A DNA stretch of 64,000 nucleotides from Candidatus Aenigmatarchaeota archaeon (GCA_018920365.1 JAHLMM010000001.1:135628-199627); one strand, 5' to 3'; positions 1-10,361 are shown, counted from the stretch's first letter. The notes: a model not told the origin generated them from the sequence alone. A program made the numbers and translations.

Positions 1-121
1 GGCTGTGATCGCGATGATAGGTGCTTTGGGCAGCTTTTTATCAGCTGTTTTCCTAATAGGTGTGTGGGCATGGGAGGAAATGACAAAAGAATGAGTTTTT
101 TAAATATTAACTACATTAATT

Positions 122-607
122 TTGCTGTTAGATTTAGGTGAAAATATGGCAAGAATGCATGCAAGAAAAAAAGGTAAATCAGGTTCAAAAAGACCTCCTG
201 TTAAAACAGCTCCTAGATGGGTTGGATATAAAAAGGTAGAGGTAGAAAAATTGGTTGTAAATTTGGCTAAAGAAGGTAACAGATCTGCAAAAATTGGCCT
301 TATATTGAGAGATAGATATGGCATACCTTCTGTAAAGCAGATCACTGGAAAAACAATAAAAGCTATAATGAAAGAAAATAAAGTGTATCCAAATTATCCT
401 GAAGATTTGCTGGATTTGTTAAAAAGAGCTGTAAATTTAAGAAACCATCTTGAAATTAATAGAAAGGATTATACATCTAAAAGAAATCTTGTCAACCTTG
501 AATCAAAAATAAGAAGACTTGGAAAATATTATGTAAAAACCAAAGTATTGCCAAGAGATTGGGTATATGATCCTGAAAGGGCAAAGTTGATAGTACAGCA
601 AAAGTGA
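122..607 (+). CDS. rps15: 30S ribosomal protein S15 (uS15, archaeal S13e type). ORF-track start is TTG at 122; more likely start is ATG at 146 ([11 protein letters not shown]...).
   Basis: N-terminal [18 protein letters not shown] and overall S15/S13e-like composition; adjacent to another r-protein gene. Confidence 0.85.
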   Translation: MLLDLGENMARMHARKKGKSGSKRPPVKTAPRWVGYKKVEVEKLVVNLAKEGNRSAKIGLILRDRYGIPSVKQITGKTIKAIMKENKVYPNYPEDLLDLLKRAVNLRNHLEINRKDYTSKRNLVNLESKIRRLGKYYVKTKVLPRDWVYDPERAKLIVQQK

Positions 608-611
608 TTGT

Positions 612-1163
612 ATGGCAAAAAAAATCAAAGGAAAGGATTGGTATACAGTAATAGCGCCTAAATTTTTTGAAGAAAAGGTGCTAGGTGATACACCAGGAGA
701 TGATGTAAACAAAGTTATAGGTAGAAAGGTGACAGTGCCTCTAGTGTTTGTTTCAAAAGATATGAGCAAATATTATCTTAAAGTTAGATTCAAAATAACA
801 AAAATTGATGGTACAAAAGCCTTGACAGAGTTTGATGGTTTGGAATGTTTGAGAGATTATATAGCAAGAATGGTGAGACATAGAGTCACAAGAATAGATA
901 TTGTTCAAAAACTGAAGACAAAAGATGAGAAAAATGTTGTTGTAAAAAGCATGATAATAACAAACAAAAGGGTTACAAGAGGTATTGAAAAATCTTTAAG
1001 AGAATTTGTCCAGCAAGTTATAGAAAAAGTTACCAATGAAAACACGCTTGAATCTCTCCTTTCAAAAATATTGAATGATAGTATAAAGCAGAAAATAATG
1101 AAAGAAGGCAGCAAAATATATCCTCTAAGGGCATTTGAAATAAGAAAAATGGAAATAATGTAA
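612..1163 (+). CDS. rps3ae: 30S ribosomal protein S3Ae (eS1)
   Basis: MAKKIKGKDWYTVIAPKFF... N-terminus typical of archaeal S3Ae; 183 aa; 4-nt gap after S15 gene. Confidence 0.85.
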   Translation: MAKKIKGKDWYTVIAPKFFEEKVLGDTPGDDVNKVIGRKVTVPLVFVSKDMSKYYLKVRFKITKIDGTKALTEFDGLECLRDYIARMVRHRVTRIDIVQKLKTKDEKNVVVKSMIITNKRVTRGIEKSLREFVQQVIEKVTNENTLESLLSKILNDSIKQKIMKEGSKIYPLRAFEIRKMEIM

Positions 1164-1178
1164 CAGTTTTATTGTTTT

Positions 1179-2837
1179 TTGATGATATATTTCTTGATTG
1201 ATATGGGTATAAAAGAAATTGCTTTCAAACATGCTTTGATAAATGCTATTGAATTTAATGGTAAATGCTCATTTCAAGCCGTTTTAAGCAAAGTTTTGGG
1301 TGAAAATCAAGAGTTTAAAAAAGACATGAAAACCACGGTTTCTTTAGTAAAAGAAATAGTTGAAAAAGTAAATAAAATGAGTTTAAGTGAACAAAAAAAG
1401 GAATTTGAAAAACTTGGCATAAAAATTGAAAAAAAGGATGAAAAAAAGGATTTGCCTGAATTACCAGAAGCTCAAAATGGTAAAGTTATAACAGCGTTTC
1501 CTCCAGAACCAAGCAAATACCCACATCTTGGCCATGCAAAAGCAGCGTTAATAAACTATATGTATGCAAAAAAATACAATGGAAAATTTTTCTTAAGATT
1601 TGAAGATACAAATCCTACACTAGCTAAAAAAGAATATTATCAAGCCATAATCAATGGATTAAAATGGCTTGGGATAGAATGGGACAAGATAGATTATATT
1701 TCAGATCACATAGAGGAATACTATAAATATACTGAAAAGTTGATAAAAGACGGAAAAGCATATGTATGCCTTTGCCAACAAGATCAAATAAAGAAAAATA
1801 GGGCAAATGGAATTGAATGTGAACATAGAAGCGCTAGTACCAAAGAGAATTTGAATTTATGGAAAGATATGTTTAATTTTAATCAAGGCGAAGCTACAGT
1901 AAGATTGAAAATAGATATGAATCATGTTAACACAACAATGAGAGATCCCAGCATTATTAGAATAATTGATAAAGAACATGTGAGAACTGGTAAAAAATAC
2001 AAGTTGTGGCCTACTTATGATTTTGGCACAGCCGTGATGGATGGTTTGCAGCAAGTAACACATAGAGTAAGAAGTAAAGAGTTTGAGATGAGAACAGAAT
2101 TGCAACATTATATACAAGATCTGCTAGGCTTTAAAAGGACTTTTATAACTGAAATTGCTAGGTTTAATCTAGAAGGTGTACCATCTTCCGGGAGAATTAT
2201 AAGAGAGATGATTGCTAAAAATGAGTTGCTGGGTTGGGATGATCCTAGATTGACTACATTAATGGCTTTGAAAAGAAGAGGTTTTTTGCCTGAAGCTATA
2301 AAAGAGTTTTTAATATCAACTGGCATATCAAAAGCAGAGTCAACATTGACATGGGATGTTTTGGAAAGTTTCAATAGAAAACATTTGGACAAAATAGCAA
2401 ACAGATATTTTGCTGTTTTTGATCCTGTAAAAATTCAATTAAATGTTGAAAAAACAGTTGAAGAGCCTTTACATCCAGAGTTTCCGGAAAGGGGTAAACG
2501 CATACTTAAAGTTTCAAAAGAAGTTTACATTTCAAGAAGTGATTATGAAAAGTTTTTTGGTAAAACAGTGAGACTTATTGGTCTGTTTAATGTAAAATTG
2601 AGTGACAGACCTGAATATGCAGGTAATACTATAGAACAAAACATGCCAAAGATACATTGGGTTCCTGGTGAGAATGTAAAAATAAGTATTGTAATGAATG
2701 ATGGAAGCACAAGAGAAATGATAGCTGAAAATGGTATAGAAAGTGTTAAAGAAAATGAATTTGTGCAGTTTATGAGAGTTGGGTTTGCAAGACTAGATGA
2801 TAAAAAAAGGATGCTTTTCTACTTCACACATAATTAA
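1179..2837 (+). CDS. gltX: Glutamyl-tRNA synthetase (class I, archaeal/eukaryotic type); real start possibly the internal Met near 1206
   Basis: HIGH-type motif PHLGHAKAALINY, FRFEDTNP block, GluRS/GlnRS-like length (552 aa). Confidence 0.85.
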   Translation: MMIYFLIDMGIKEIAFKHALINAIEFNGKCSFQAVLSKVLGENQEFKKDMKTTVSLVKEIVEKVNKMSLSEQKKEFEKLGIKIEKKDEKKDLPELPEAQNGKVITAFPPEPSKYPHLGHAKAALINYMYAKKYNGKFFLRFEDTNPTLAKKEYYQAIINGLKWLGIEWDKIDYISDHIEEYYKYTEKLIKDGKAYVCLCQQDQIKKNRANGIECEHRSASTKENLNLWKDMFNFNQGEATVRLKIDMNHVNTTMRDPSIIRIIDKEHVRTGKKYKLWPTYDFGTAVMDGLQQVTHRVRSKEFEMRTELQHYIQDLLGFKRTFITEIARFNLEGVPSSGRIIREMIAKNELLGWDDPRLTTLMALKRRGFLPEAIKEFLISTGISKAESTLTWDVLESFNRKHLDKIANRYFAVFDPVKIQLNVEKTVEEPLHPEFPERGKRILKVSKEVYISRSDYEKFFGKTVRLIGLFNVKLSDRPEYAGNTIEQNMPKIHWVPGENVKISIVMNDGSTREMIAENGIESVKENEFVQFMRVGFARLDDKKRMLFYFTHN

Positions 2838-3316
2838 AAGATCTTGTGTCTTAGCAAAATATTCACATTCATCAAAATAAGTATCAAAAATATTGTTCTT
2901 CTTGTTAATTTATGCTGCCAATGGTTTTTGGTAAAACCTAAATGAAAATCTGAAAATGGATAAAATATTCTTGTTGCCCAAAAACCACCGTGACTAAAAA
3001 CATCAAGTATTATGTGTGATAGATAGCATAATAAAAATACTTGAGTATATTGAGGTAAAAATACGTTAAAAACAGCTGTTATAATTGACATACCAAACAA
3101 GCTGTGAAAGAATCTATAATAATCAAGATATTCTTGTGGTGGTTTCCACTCAAATAAGACTTTCTTTTTTATTGGAAATCCGTCTTTGATGACATAATAA
3201 AAGAAAAATGGTGCAGAAAGTATATCTGGAATGTTGGAAAAAATGAATATAAGAATAAACAAGTCAGGCCTGCCTGTTAGAGCCATCCCCCCTAGCCAAT
3301 GGGCAATGTTATCCAT
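2834..3316 (-). CDS. Membrane-bound metal-dependent hydrolase, DUF457/YdjM-like
   Basis: Polytopic hydrophobic ORF with HIILDVFSH (H-x3-D-x3-H) motif typical of YdjM family. Confidence 0.45.
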   Translation of the reverse strand: MDNIAHWLGGMALTGRPDLFILIFIFSNIPDILSAPFFFYYVIKDGFPIKKKVLFEWKPPQEYLDYYRFFHSLFGMSIITAVFNVFLPQYTQVFLLCYLSHIILDVFSHGGFWATRIFYPFSDFHLGFTKNHWQHKLTRRTIFLILILMNVNILLRHKIF

Positions 3317-3411
3317 TAAACAATTATTTTGGTTGGAAAATTTTTAAACCATATAGAACTAGGCTAGAGTGAAAGCAAAGTTTTTAAATTAATATCATTA
3401 ATAGTGTTTTT

Positions 3412-3939
3412 ATGATAGGAGAGCTTCTAGAAGACAGAGTAGTTATATGGGGAAGTGATGGGCTTAGCCTTTATGACGAGGGTGGTTTTGGAAAGCCTTT
3501 TGACAATAGGGTAGAGCTATCTCTTGTTGAATCATGTTATTTGCTTGAGAAAAAGAAGATTACAATAAAAAAAGCTGAAAAGACGTTGAGCTTCAAAGAA
3601 TTTTATGAATATGCTGTTTCAAAAGAACCAGAATTTCATCAGAAATTTGTAGTTTATAGAGATTTAAGAGAAAGGGGGTATCTTGTAAAAACAGGTTTCA
3701 AATTTGGTGCACATTTCAGAGTTTATGAAAGGGGCGTTAAGCTAAAAAGAGGTCCTAAACAAGCACATGAGCACACAAAATTTGTTGTTCATGCTATAAG
3801 CGAGGAGGATAGATTCTCTTATCCTGAATTATCAAGAGCTACTAGACTAGCACAAAACATAAGAGCAAAAATGATATGGGCTGTTGTTGATAGTGAAAAT
3901 GATGTAACTTATTATGAAATATTCAGAGTTTCACCCTGA
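3412..3939 (+). CDS. endA: tRNA-splicing endonuclease catalytic subunit (EndA)
   Basis: YRDLRERGYLVKTGFKFGAHFRVYERG ... HAHEHTKFVVHAI catalytic block; 175 aa, the size of homomeric archaeal EndA. Confidence 0.8.
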   Translation: MIGELLEDRVVIWGSDGLSLYDEGGFGKPFDNRVELSLVESCYLLEKKKITIKKAEKTLSFKEFYEYAVSKEPEFHQKFVVYRDLRERGYLVKTGFKFGAHFRVYERGVKLKRGPKQAHEHTKFVVHAISEEDRFSYPELSRATRLAQNIRAKMIWAVVDSENDVTYYEIFRVSP

Positions 3940-4965
3940 CCATTTTATCTTAAATCGTAAAATTGCGCCAAGACCGCCTATATTATTGAATTGCTGACCT
4001 AAATCATGTAAAGTTGATATTATTTGTATAGAAACTTTGTTTTCAAGTGATTTGGCCAATTCTTCTATTTTTTTCTCTTTCATTTTTTCTTCTGATATAA
4101 GCAAAGTCTGTATGGCATTCATATCTTTCGCAGTAAAAACATCATCACCTAAAACTGCTAAACCGTCATCTTTTCTTAAATGCAAGAAGAAATCTTCAAC
4201 AAGTTTACTTTCCTTTGTTAATTGGTTTTCTGCAAGCTTATCAAGCAAACCGAGCTTAACAGCCTCATTTATGCCTGTTATAGTTGAGGAGGAGACGCTG
4301 CCAATAGAAATTTTTGAATATTCATTCTGATTTTTTTCTCTTATTATCTTCGCAACATGCTCTTTGGCAAAACCAGGTCCTGCTATAATTATATTTTTCA
4401 TTTGTGGAGAAAAATTCAATATTTCTTCAGCAACTTTGCTATAATATTCTGGTATTCTTTTTTCTTCGTGCTGCAAAGAAAATGTGTTTTTTACCTCTGT
4501 CAACACATCAATCCTGTTGTTTTTAAGCAAAGCTAATGTTGCCTGATCAAGATCAACTGCAACTATCAATATATTTGGTGTCTTTTTTTCAGCTTCTTTC
4601 AATCTTTGTATTTGATATTCTCTCCACTCATTTTTAGTTATTGTCATGTATTTTCCTGGTTTTGCTTCTATTGTATGGAATGAATCTAGTTGAACATTTT
4701 CTGGTGCTTCAACTATTCTTCCTGATATCCTTAGCTGAAATATACCAAGTTGAAACTCTACTTTTTCAACAAGAATTTTGATAAGCATCATCTTTTTTCC
4801 TATTTTCTTCATCTCACCTTCTCTTTCAAGAAAAAGGCTTCTTGGTGTCATTGCTTTTACAAAATCTCCTGGTTCTATAAAGTTTTTCAAATAAAAAAGG
4901 TCATCATTATTCTCTATTCTAATTTTAACCCTTTTCAGCTTGCTAGATATTTTCAATATTTTCAT
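3931..4965 (-). CDS. pelA: Pelota/Dom34 (mRNA surveillance, ribosome rescue)
   Basis: N-terminal VKIRIENNDDLFYLKNFIEPGD and C-terminal GGLGAILRFKI match archaeal Pelota (IRIESLDDLWYLRNIL ... GGFAGILRYRV); 344 aa; no GGQ motif, so not aRF1. Confidence 0.8.
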   Translation of the reverse strand: MKILKISSKLKRVKIRIENNDDLFYLKNFIEPGDFVKAMTPRSLFLEREGEMKKIGKKMMLIKILVEKVEFQLGIFQLRISGRIVEAPENVQLDSFHTIEAKPGKYMTITKNEWREYQIQRLKEAEKKTPNILIVAVDLDQATLALLKNNRIDVLTEVKNTFSLQHEEKRIPEYYSKVAEEILNFSPQMKNIIIAGPGFAKEHVAKIIREKNQNEYSKISIGSVSSSTITGINEAVKLGLLDKLAENQLTKESKLVEDFFLHLRKDDGLAVLGDDVFTAKDMNAIQTLLISEEKMKEKKIEELAKSLENKVSIQIISTLHDLGQQFNNIGGLGAILRFKIKWSG

Positions 4966-5018
4966 TATTATCTATTATATGATAAAAGTTATTAGTATAA
5001 AAATCAAAATTCTTCTAT

Positions 5019-6194
5019 ATGGCAGCAAAAGCTCAGGCAAAACCAGATGAATTTATCTGGGTATTGTTTGCTGGAATACTTGCAATTATAATGATGGTTT
5101 TCTTTTGGGGTATGCCAAACAGCAATCAAGAAAATCAAACTAGCAATGCTACTGCTAGCCTACCAGAAGGTGCTTTTACTATTGGGACATATAAAGAAGA
5201 TGTTCCTAGAGTTATAAGAATAGGTGATTTTGGCATAAGCCATTCTGCTGGGTCAAGTGTAATTGCGAGTAAAAAGTATATTGAAGTTAGTAAAGGAATT
5301 TTTGAAGACAAAAGATTTAGTTTTAGTGGTGAAATAGGAGAAAATTTGAACGATATAATTGATGGGTGGATCGTAGTTGATGTTTTAGACACATCTAGCG
5401 GAAATCTTATAATAAAATTTAACAATGAAGTTGTTTATAGAGAAAAATCAAGCCCTGGAAGAATATATGTTAATGTTGATAAAAACCTGATAAAAAATTT
5501 TAATGTAATAGAGATCAGTTCTGGAATGCCTGGTTTACAATTTTGGTCAACAAGTGTTTATAGGATAGAGAAGGCAGAGTTTGGAATAAATGTATATGGA
5601 AATGTCAAAAAAACATATGATTTTGAATTATATGCAAGTGAGTTGAAAAATTTTGCCAAAGGTTCTGTCAAGTTTAATGTTGATGAAAGAGAAGGTAATG
5701 GAAATTTGATAATAAAGATAAATGGTAAAAACTTCTTTAACGGAATACCTTCTGGTAGTTTTAGTCATGATTTTGAGATTTTTGACGTTGGTCTTGTCAA
5801 TGGAATAAACACAATAGAATTTTCAACTGAAAGGGATACAAGTTATAAGTTGGATGATGTTGAGATTTTAATAGCACATAAAGAAAATCTCGGAAAGCAG
5901 AGAACATTTTCTTTCAAAATAACTGAAACTGATTTAGCAAGGTTACAAAGAGGTGTTAAAGGAAAGATAAGTTTCACAATACTAGATTCTGATTATGGCG
6001 CTAATCTAGCTATAAAAATAACAGATAGCTCTGGTATGGATCATCAACTAGATTATATCCAGTCATATTCTATTGGTAAAAAAGTCACTGTGAATTTTGG
6101 GCCTAATGATGTTAAAGTTGGGACAAATTATGTCACATTTAGTGTTTCAGGTGAAGGTAAGTTTACTTTAAGCAATGTAGATATTGGTGTTTAA
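5019..6194 (+). CDS. Hypothetical exported protein with an N-terminal membrane anchor
   Basis: One N-terminal TM (FIWVLFAGILAIIMMVFFWGM) then a 360-aa hydrophilic, beta-rich body; no recognisable motif. Confidence 0.4.
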   Translation: MAAKAQAKPDEFIWVLFAGILAIIMMVFFWGMPNSNQENQTSNATASLPEGAFTIGTYKEDVPRVIRIGDFGISHSAGSSVIASKKYIEVSKGIFEDKRFSFSGEIGENLNDIIDGWIVVDVLDTSSGNLIIKFNNEVVYREKSSPGRIYVNVDKNLIKNFNVIEISSGMPGLQFWSTSVYRIEKAEFGINVYGNVKKTYDFELYASELKNFAKGSVKFNVDEREGNGNLIIKINGKNFFNGIPSGSFSHDFEIFDVGLVNGINTIEFSTERDTSYKLDDVEILIAHKENLGKQRTFSFKITETDLARLQRGVKGKISFTILDSDYGANLAIKITDSSGMDHQLDYIQSYSIGKKVTVNFGPNDVKVGTNYVTFSVSGEGKFTLSNVDIGV

Positions 6195-6967
6195 ACACCC
6201 CACAATAATCTTAAAAGACTTCTCATACCTGTAGCAAAGCCTAAAATTGCTATTAACATTTTAATGTAAAAATTGAATTCTTTGTCTTTTTCATATTCAT
6301 CTATAAGTTTTAGTGAAAAATATATGACAATTGCCTTGACAAGAACAAATGTAAAAGCTGTGTTGGTTTTTTCTATTAAAAATCTAGGCAAAACATGTTG
6401 TTCTGTATAATTAAACCAAGTGACAGCAATTGAAGTTATAATTGAGTCTAAAATCTGAAAGAGCATTACAAGCTTGTTTTCAATACTAGTTTTGAAAATT
6501 ATGATTAAAACACAAAGTGGGATAAAGAAAGCGATAAAATACAAAAGTGCTTGGGTGTTTTTTATCTGTATTGTTGGTAAAAGAATTGAAAACATTATAA
6601 AACCCGACAAAAATAATGGTTTGTAATAGGGAATCTTTAAGTTGTTTTGAATTAAAACAGATAAAATTATCATAAAAATTATCAAAGAAAAAAACAACAA
6701 CCATATATTTGGTGTCATGAATAGAATGCCGCTAATTAATTTGGCGTCATGAAGAACTCTTATAATGACGCCGGATGCTATAAAAGGAAAAATGCTTATA
6801 GCAAACAAATGATCTATTTTTATTTTCAGTCTTTTTAGTAAATTAAATGTCAAGTATGATAAAAAGATGAATAAAAATGCATATGCTATTGTATTTATAG
6901 TGTTGTAGCCTTCTCTATTGATCATTGGGTTGATAAAGTAATTGTGAAGAAAATCTCGAACACTCAT
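6191..6967 (-). CDS. Polytopic integral membrane protein (about 8 TM), function unknown
   Basis: Continuous hydrophobic helices; sits between an exported protein and a lipoprotein-like gene; no catalytic motif assignable. Confidence 0.4.
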   Translation of the reverse strand: MSVRDFLHNYFINPMINREGYNTINTIAYAFLFIFLSYLTFNLLKRLKIKIDHLFAISIFPFIASGVIIRVLHDAKLISGILFMTPNIWLLFFSLIIFMIILSVLIQNNLKIPYYKPLFLSGFIMFSILLPTIQIKNTQALLYFIAFFIPLCVLIIIFKTSIENKLVMLFQILDSIITSIAVTWFNYTEQHVLPRFLIEKTNTAFTFVLVKAIVIYFSLKLIDEYEKDKEFNFYIKMLIAILGFATGMRSLLRLLWGV

Positions 6968-7046
6968 AAAATTATATTGTATGAAAAATATTTAATCAGA
7001 AAGCACAAGGTAAAATTAATAAATCAAGAAATATAAAATTAATAAG

Positions 7047-7886
7047 ATGAAAAAGTTATTGCTAGGTTCAATTTTGGCTATAATAATATTTTTGTCTGGT
7101 TGTACCAGTAGTTCTAACAGTTCTGGAGGAACAGGCGTTATTATTGAAGCTTTCTATCCCACAATTGAGAGTGCAGAACCTGGTGATGTTGTAGACATTG
7201 TTGCAAGAATAAAAAATACAGGAGGTTCTGACGCTACAAACATAGATGCAAAAATTTATGGTTTGGGTGAATGGAATGTTAGGCAAACTTCATCTGCTCC
7301 TAATGTTTTAGAAGCTGGCGATCCAGCAAGGAATATACAACCTGAAGTTGTGGATATTTCATGGGAAGCAACTGCACCGTCCTATAGAACAGGTATAGAT
7401 AATCAAGAGTTTGAATTAAGAGTTCAATACAGATATTCTACAAGTGCATTAGCACAAATAAAAGTTGCAAGTGACTCTTATATAAAGAGCTTCCCGCTTG
7501 ATCAACAACAATCAAAAAGAGATGAACTTGGAGTGAAGATGCAAAAACCAACAGATGGTCCTATATCAATTACATTTGATGCGCCTGCAAAAGTTATCAA
7601 AGCTGGTGGTAATGAAGTGAATGTTATCATAAACATACAAAATATAGGCGGTGGTAATCTTTTGAATAATCAACTTGATAGCTTTGCTGTTACAAGTAAT
7701 AGACAAGTTGTTTGTACAACCTCACAACCAATAAAACTTATATCAGGCCAAAGCAAGCAAGTCAGATGTAAATTGTATGTTGATTTAACAGAAGGTTGGG
7801 ATATTATACCTATACAGGTTGATACTTCATACACATATTGGGTTAGTGCAAAATCTTCTATAAGTGTATTGCCAACTGAAACTTAG
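7047..7886 (+). CDS. Putative secreted lipoprotein (lipobox LSGC)
   Basis: MKKLLLGSILAIIIFLSGCTSSSNSSGG signal peptide with lipobox Cys; S/T-rich linker, then beta-rich domain. Confidence 0.45.
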   Translation: MKKLLLGSILAIIIFLSGCTSSSNSSGGTGVIIEAFYPTIESAEPGDVVDIVARIKNTGGSDATNIDAKIYGLGEWNVRQTSSAPNVLEAGDPARNIQPEVVDISWEATAPSYRTGIDNQEFELRVQYRYSTSALAQIKVASDSYIKSFPLDQQQSKRDELGVKMQKPTDGPISITFDAPAKVIKAGGNEVNVIINIQNIGGGNLLNNQLDSFAVTSNRQVVCTTSQPIKLISGQSKQVRCKLYVDLTEGWDIIPIQVDTSYTYWVSAKSSISVLPTET

Positions 7887-9052
7887 ATTTTAAATAGACT
7901 TAGAATTTTTGGGCCGAATAAATTGAATAATATCAAGCCTAGTATTATCAAAGATATATAATTTGATATTTTCGATCCATTTCTCTTGAAAAAATGTTGT
8001 GAAATTGCTTCAAGCATTAACCCACCATCTAATGGCTTTAACGGAAATAAATTAAAGACACCCACACCAAGATTGAGTATAAGCATCCATGCAAACAACC
8101 CATCTATCCAGTCTATAACAGAAAGTAAGTTTTTGCTAACATATCTGTTTGATATAAAAGGAGCATATCTATACTGAACATATACTTTTTGAATTCCAAC
8201 TAAAGCTCTCTGGCCATTATCTGGGTCTGAAATTGTTTTTATTATATATTTACCTTTATCTGTTTTAACTACAACATCATCTCCGGGTTTTACATCTTTC
8301 ATAGCTAAAGCAAAGTCATTCAGATCTTTTATTTTAACTCCATTTAGTTCTGTTATTATTCCTCTTAACTCTACACTTTCAGCATAAGAGCCTGTAATTA
8401 ATGATTCAAAGCCAACTCCAACTGGTTGTATAAAAATTGAAGTAACTTTGGTAAATCCCAAAATAAGTAAAAATATTATGCCTGCTGCAACAATATTTCC
8501 AAAACTACCTGCTGCAAAAACTCTTAATTTGCCTATTAATGACTTTCTTTTTAATTGCCTTTCATTTGGCTCAACAAATGCTCCTGGTATAACCAAAAAA
8601 ATTAAAAGTCCAAATGATTTTATATCAATCTTTTCTATTCTTGCCATAAATGCATGCATTGGCTCATGGATTAACATAACAACAAAAACTGATATTATCC
8701 AATACCAAAAAGGCACGCCTAAAACAAAGCCAGGCATACTCACACCTTCAACAGAAGGCAAGACAACTCTTAATGGGGATTCTGTTGTTTTTCTTGTAAA
8801 AACATCATATGTTGATTTTAAAAGAAGGTATGTGCCATATAATGAAGCTAGAAAGGCTACTAGTATTCCGATTAAGCCCAATATTCTCAATTTTTTCTCA
8901 TGTTTTTCAGCAAACTTGTAAATAAATGCTTTTCCTCTTGAACTTCTTCTTATTATAAGACCTGTTTTGAACTCTATGTTTTTCCTATCTCTATACAGCA
9001 CAAATGACAAGAAAACTAGAAAAAGTATAACTGAGATTATTTCAAAGCTCAA
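7883..9052 (-). CDS. Site-2 protease family (M50) intramembrane metalloprotease with PDZ domain
   Basis: HExxH in a TM helix (LIHEPMHAFMA); PDZ-like segment (GIITELNGVKIKDLNDFALAM); multiple TMs; downstream LDG-type motif. Confidence 0.75.
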   Translation of the reverse strand: MSFEIISVILFLVFLSFVLYRDRKNIEFKTGLIIRRSSRGKAFIYKFAEKHEKKLRILGLIGILVAFLASLYGTYLLLKSTYDVFTRKTTESPLRVVLPSVEGVSMPGFVLGVPFWYWIISVFVVMLIHEPMHAFMARIEKIDIKSFGLLIFLVIPGAFVEPNERQLKRKSLIGKLRVFAAGSFGNIVAAGIIFLLILGFTKVTSIFIQPVGVGFESLITGSYAESVELRGIITELNGVKIKDLNDFALAMKDVKPGDDVVVKTDKGKYIIKTISDPDNGQRALVGIQKVYVQYRYAPFISNRYVSKNLLSVIDWIDGLFAWMLILNLGVGVFNLFPLKPLDGGLMLEAISQHFFKRNGSKISNYISLIILGLILFNLFGPKILSLFKI

Positions 9053-9127
9053 AATAATGCACCTTTTAACTTTATTGAATGGTATGTTTATATTTTTTAG
9101 TTATTCTTATAAATCTTAGTTGGTTGT

Positions 9128-9862
9128 ATGAAAAAGTATTGGAAAATAGTTGAAGAAGTTATAAATCAAGTAGATGTTGTACTTGAAATAGTGGATGCCC
9201 GAATGCCTGAATTAACAAGAAATAAAAAAATTGAAAGCATGGTTTTTGCTAAAAGAAAGAGATTGATAGTTGTATGCAACAAAGCTGACTTAATAAACCA
9301 AAATAATTTTTCTAAAGACAAGAGGTTTGTTTATGTTTCAACAAAAAAAAGATTTGGCTTTGCAAAACTTAGAAAGACAATAATGGGAAATAAAGAAGTT
9401 GTAAGAGTTGGTGTTGTTGGCTATCCAAATACAGGAAAATCTTCTGTAATCAACTCTCTAGTCGGAAGAAAAAAGGCATTAACATCCTCTGTCGCAGGTT
9501 TTACAAAAGGTGTGCAGTGGATAACTGATCATAAAGGCTTACTTTTATATGACACACCAGGAGTTATTCCATTTGATGAAAATGATGAAATTAAAAAAGC
9601 AATTATGTGTGTGTTATCGCCATCACAAATAAAAGACCCTTATTTGGTTGCTTTGAAAATAATTGAAATCTTTTTAAATGAAAACAAAAGTGCTTTGGAA
9701 ACAAAGTATAATATTAAAGCAAGTAATGATGCTGAAGATGTTTTATTGGAAATTGGAAAGAAAATGAATTATCTTGTAAAAAATGGGGAAATTGATGTTA
9801 CAAGAACTTGCATAAAAATAATAAAGGATTGGCAACAAGGATTACTGTTTTTAAATGCTTAA
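9128..9862 (+). CDS. Circularly permuted ribosome-biogenesis GTPase (YlqF/RbgA/Nog2-like)
   Basis: G4-G1-G3 order: VVCNKADL, then GYPNTGKSSVIN, then YDTPGV. Confidence 0.75.
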   Translation: MKKYWKIVEEVINQVDVVLEIVDARMPELTRNKKIESMVFAKRKRLIVVCNKADLINQNNFSKDKRFVYVSTKKRFGFAKLRKTIMGNKEVVRVGVVGYPNTGKSSVINSLVGRKKALTSSVAGFTKGVQWITDHKGLLLYDTPGVIPFDENDEIKKAIMCVLSPSQIKDPYLVALKIIEIFLNENKSALETKYNIKASNDAEDVLLEIGKKMNYLVKNGEIDVTRTCIKIIKDWQQGLLFLNA

Positions 9863-9872
9863 ATAAATTAAA

Positions 9873-10082
9873 GTGATTATAAAAATTATGGCAAAAAAAA
9901 TTAAGAGGTTGTATAGATCTGAGAAAGAAAAGGTCTTGGGCGGGGTTTGCGGAGGCATTGGAGAATATTTTAATATTGACCCTGTTATTGTTAGATTGCT
10001 ATGGATATTATTTACTCTTTTTTTGGGGGCTGGTGTCATTTTATATATAATAGCATGGATAATAATTCCTGAAAAAAAATAA
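9873..10082 (+). CDS. PspC-domain small membrane protein
   Basis: LYRSEKEKVLGGVCGGIGEYFNIDPVIVRLLWIL followed by one TM, the PspC-domain signature. Confidence 0.6.
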   Translation: MIIKIMAKKIKRLYRSEKEKVLGGVCGGIGEYFNIDPVIVRLLWILFTLFLGAGVILYIIAWIIIPEKK

Positions 10083-10086
10083 TTCT

Positions 10087-10172
10087 TGCAGGAGCTGGGA
10101 TTTGAACCCAGGAACCGACTAACGGACTAGGCTCTGAACCTAGCGCCATTGGCCAGACTAGGCGACTCCTGC
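10087..10172 (-). tRNA. tRNA-Leu (anticodon CAG), class II with long variable arm, no encoded CCA
   Basis: Reverse complement folds: acceptor GCAGGAG/CTCCTGC, D-arm GCC..GGC, anticodon stem CTAGG/CCTAG with loop TTCAGAG, 15-nt variable arm, T-arm CTGGG-TTCAAAT-CCCAG, discriminator A. Confidence 0.8.
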
Positions 10173-10234
10173 ATAAAAATAATTATTCTATCAGTTTAAT
10201 ATACTCAAACCAAATTAACAATTTCAAAAAGTCA

Positions 10235-10330
10235 TGCAGGGGGAGAGATTCGAACTCTCGAACTCACTAAGAGACAGGATTTCCTACTAAATCTTAAGTC
10301 CTGCGCCTTTGGCCGCTTGGCTACCCCTGC
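10235..10330 (-). tRNA. tRNA-Leu (anticodon UAA) with a ~12-nt intron 3' of position 37; class II
   Basis: Reverse complement: acceptor GCAGGGG/CCCCTGC; anticodon stem CAGGA...TCCTG closes only if ATTTAGTAGGAA is removed after loop CTTAAG; T-arm GAGAG-TTCGAAT-CTCTC. Confidence 0.75.
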
Positions 10331-10361
10331 TCAAATTATAAAATATAGAATTAGCAATAAA

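Noticed and set aside
100-345. Antisense ORFs overlapping well-supported genes (e.g. 100..345-, 503..769-, 1857..2392-, 4037..4330+, 16528..17634+, 34296..35441-, 60279..61286+ and similar)
   Set aside because: They lie inside the coding frames of confidently identified genes on the other strand, have low-complexity hydrophobic translations typical of AT-rich antisense frames, and have no start context. They are treated as spurious.
9040-9127. Search for C/D-box sRNA genes near the fibrillarin/nop5 locus and in the other AT-rich intergenic spacers
   Set aside because: No convincing RUGAUGA...CUGA box pairs with appropriate 12-nt spacing were found by eye. A covariance-model scan is needed before calling any.
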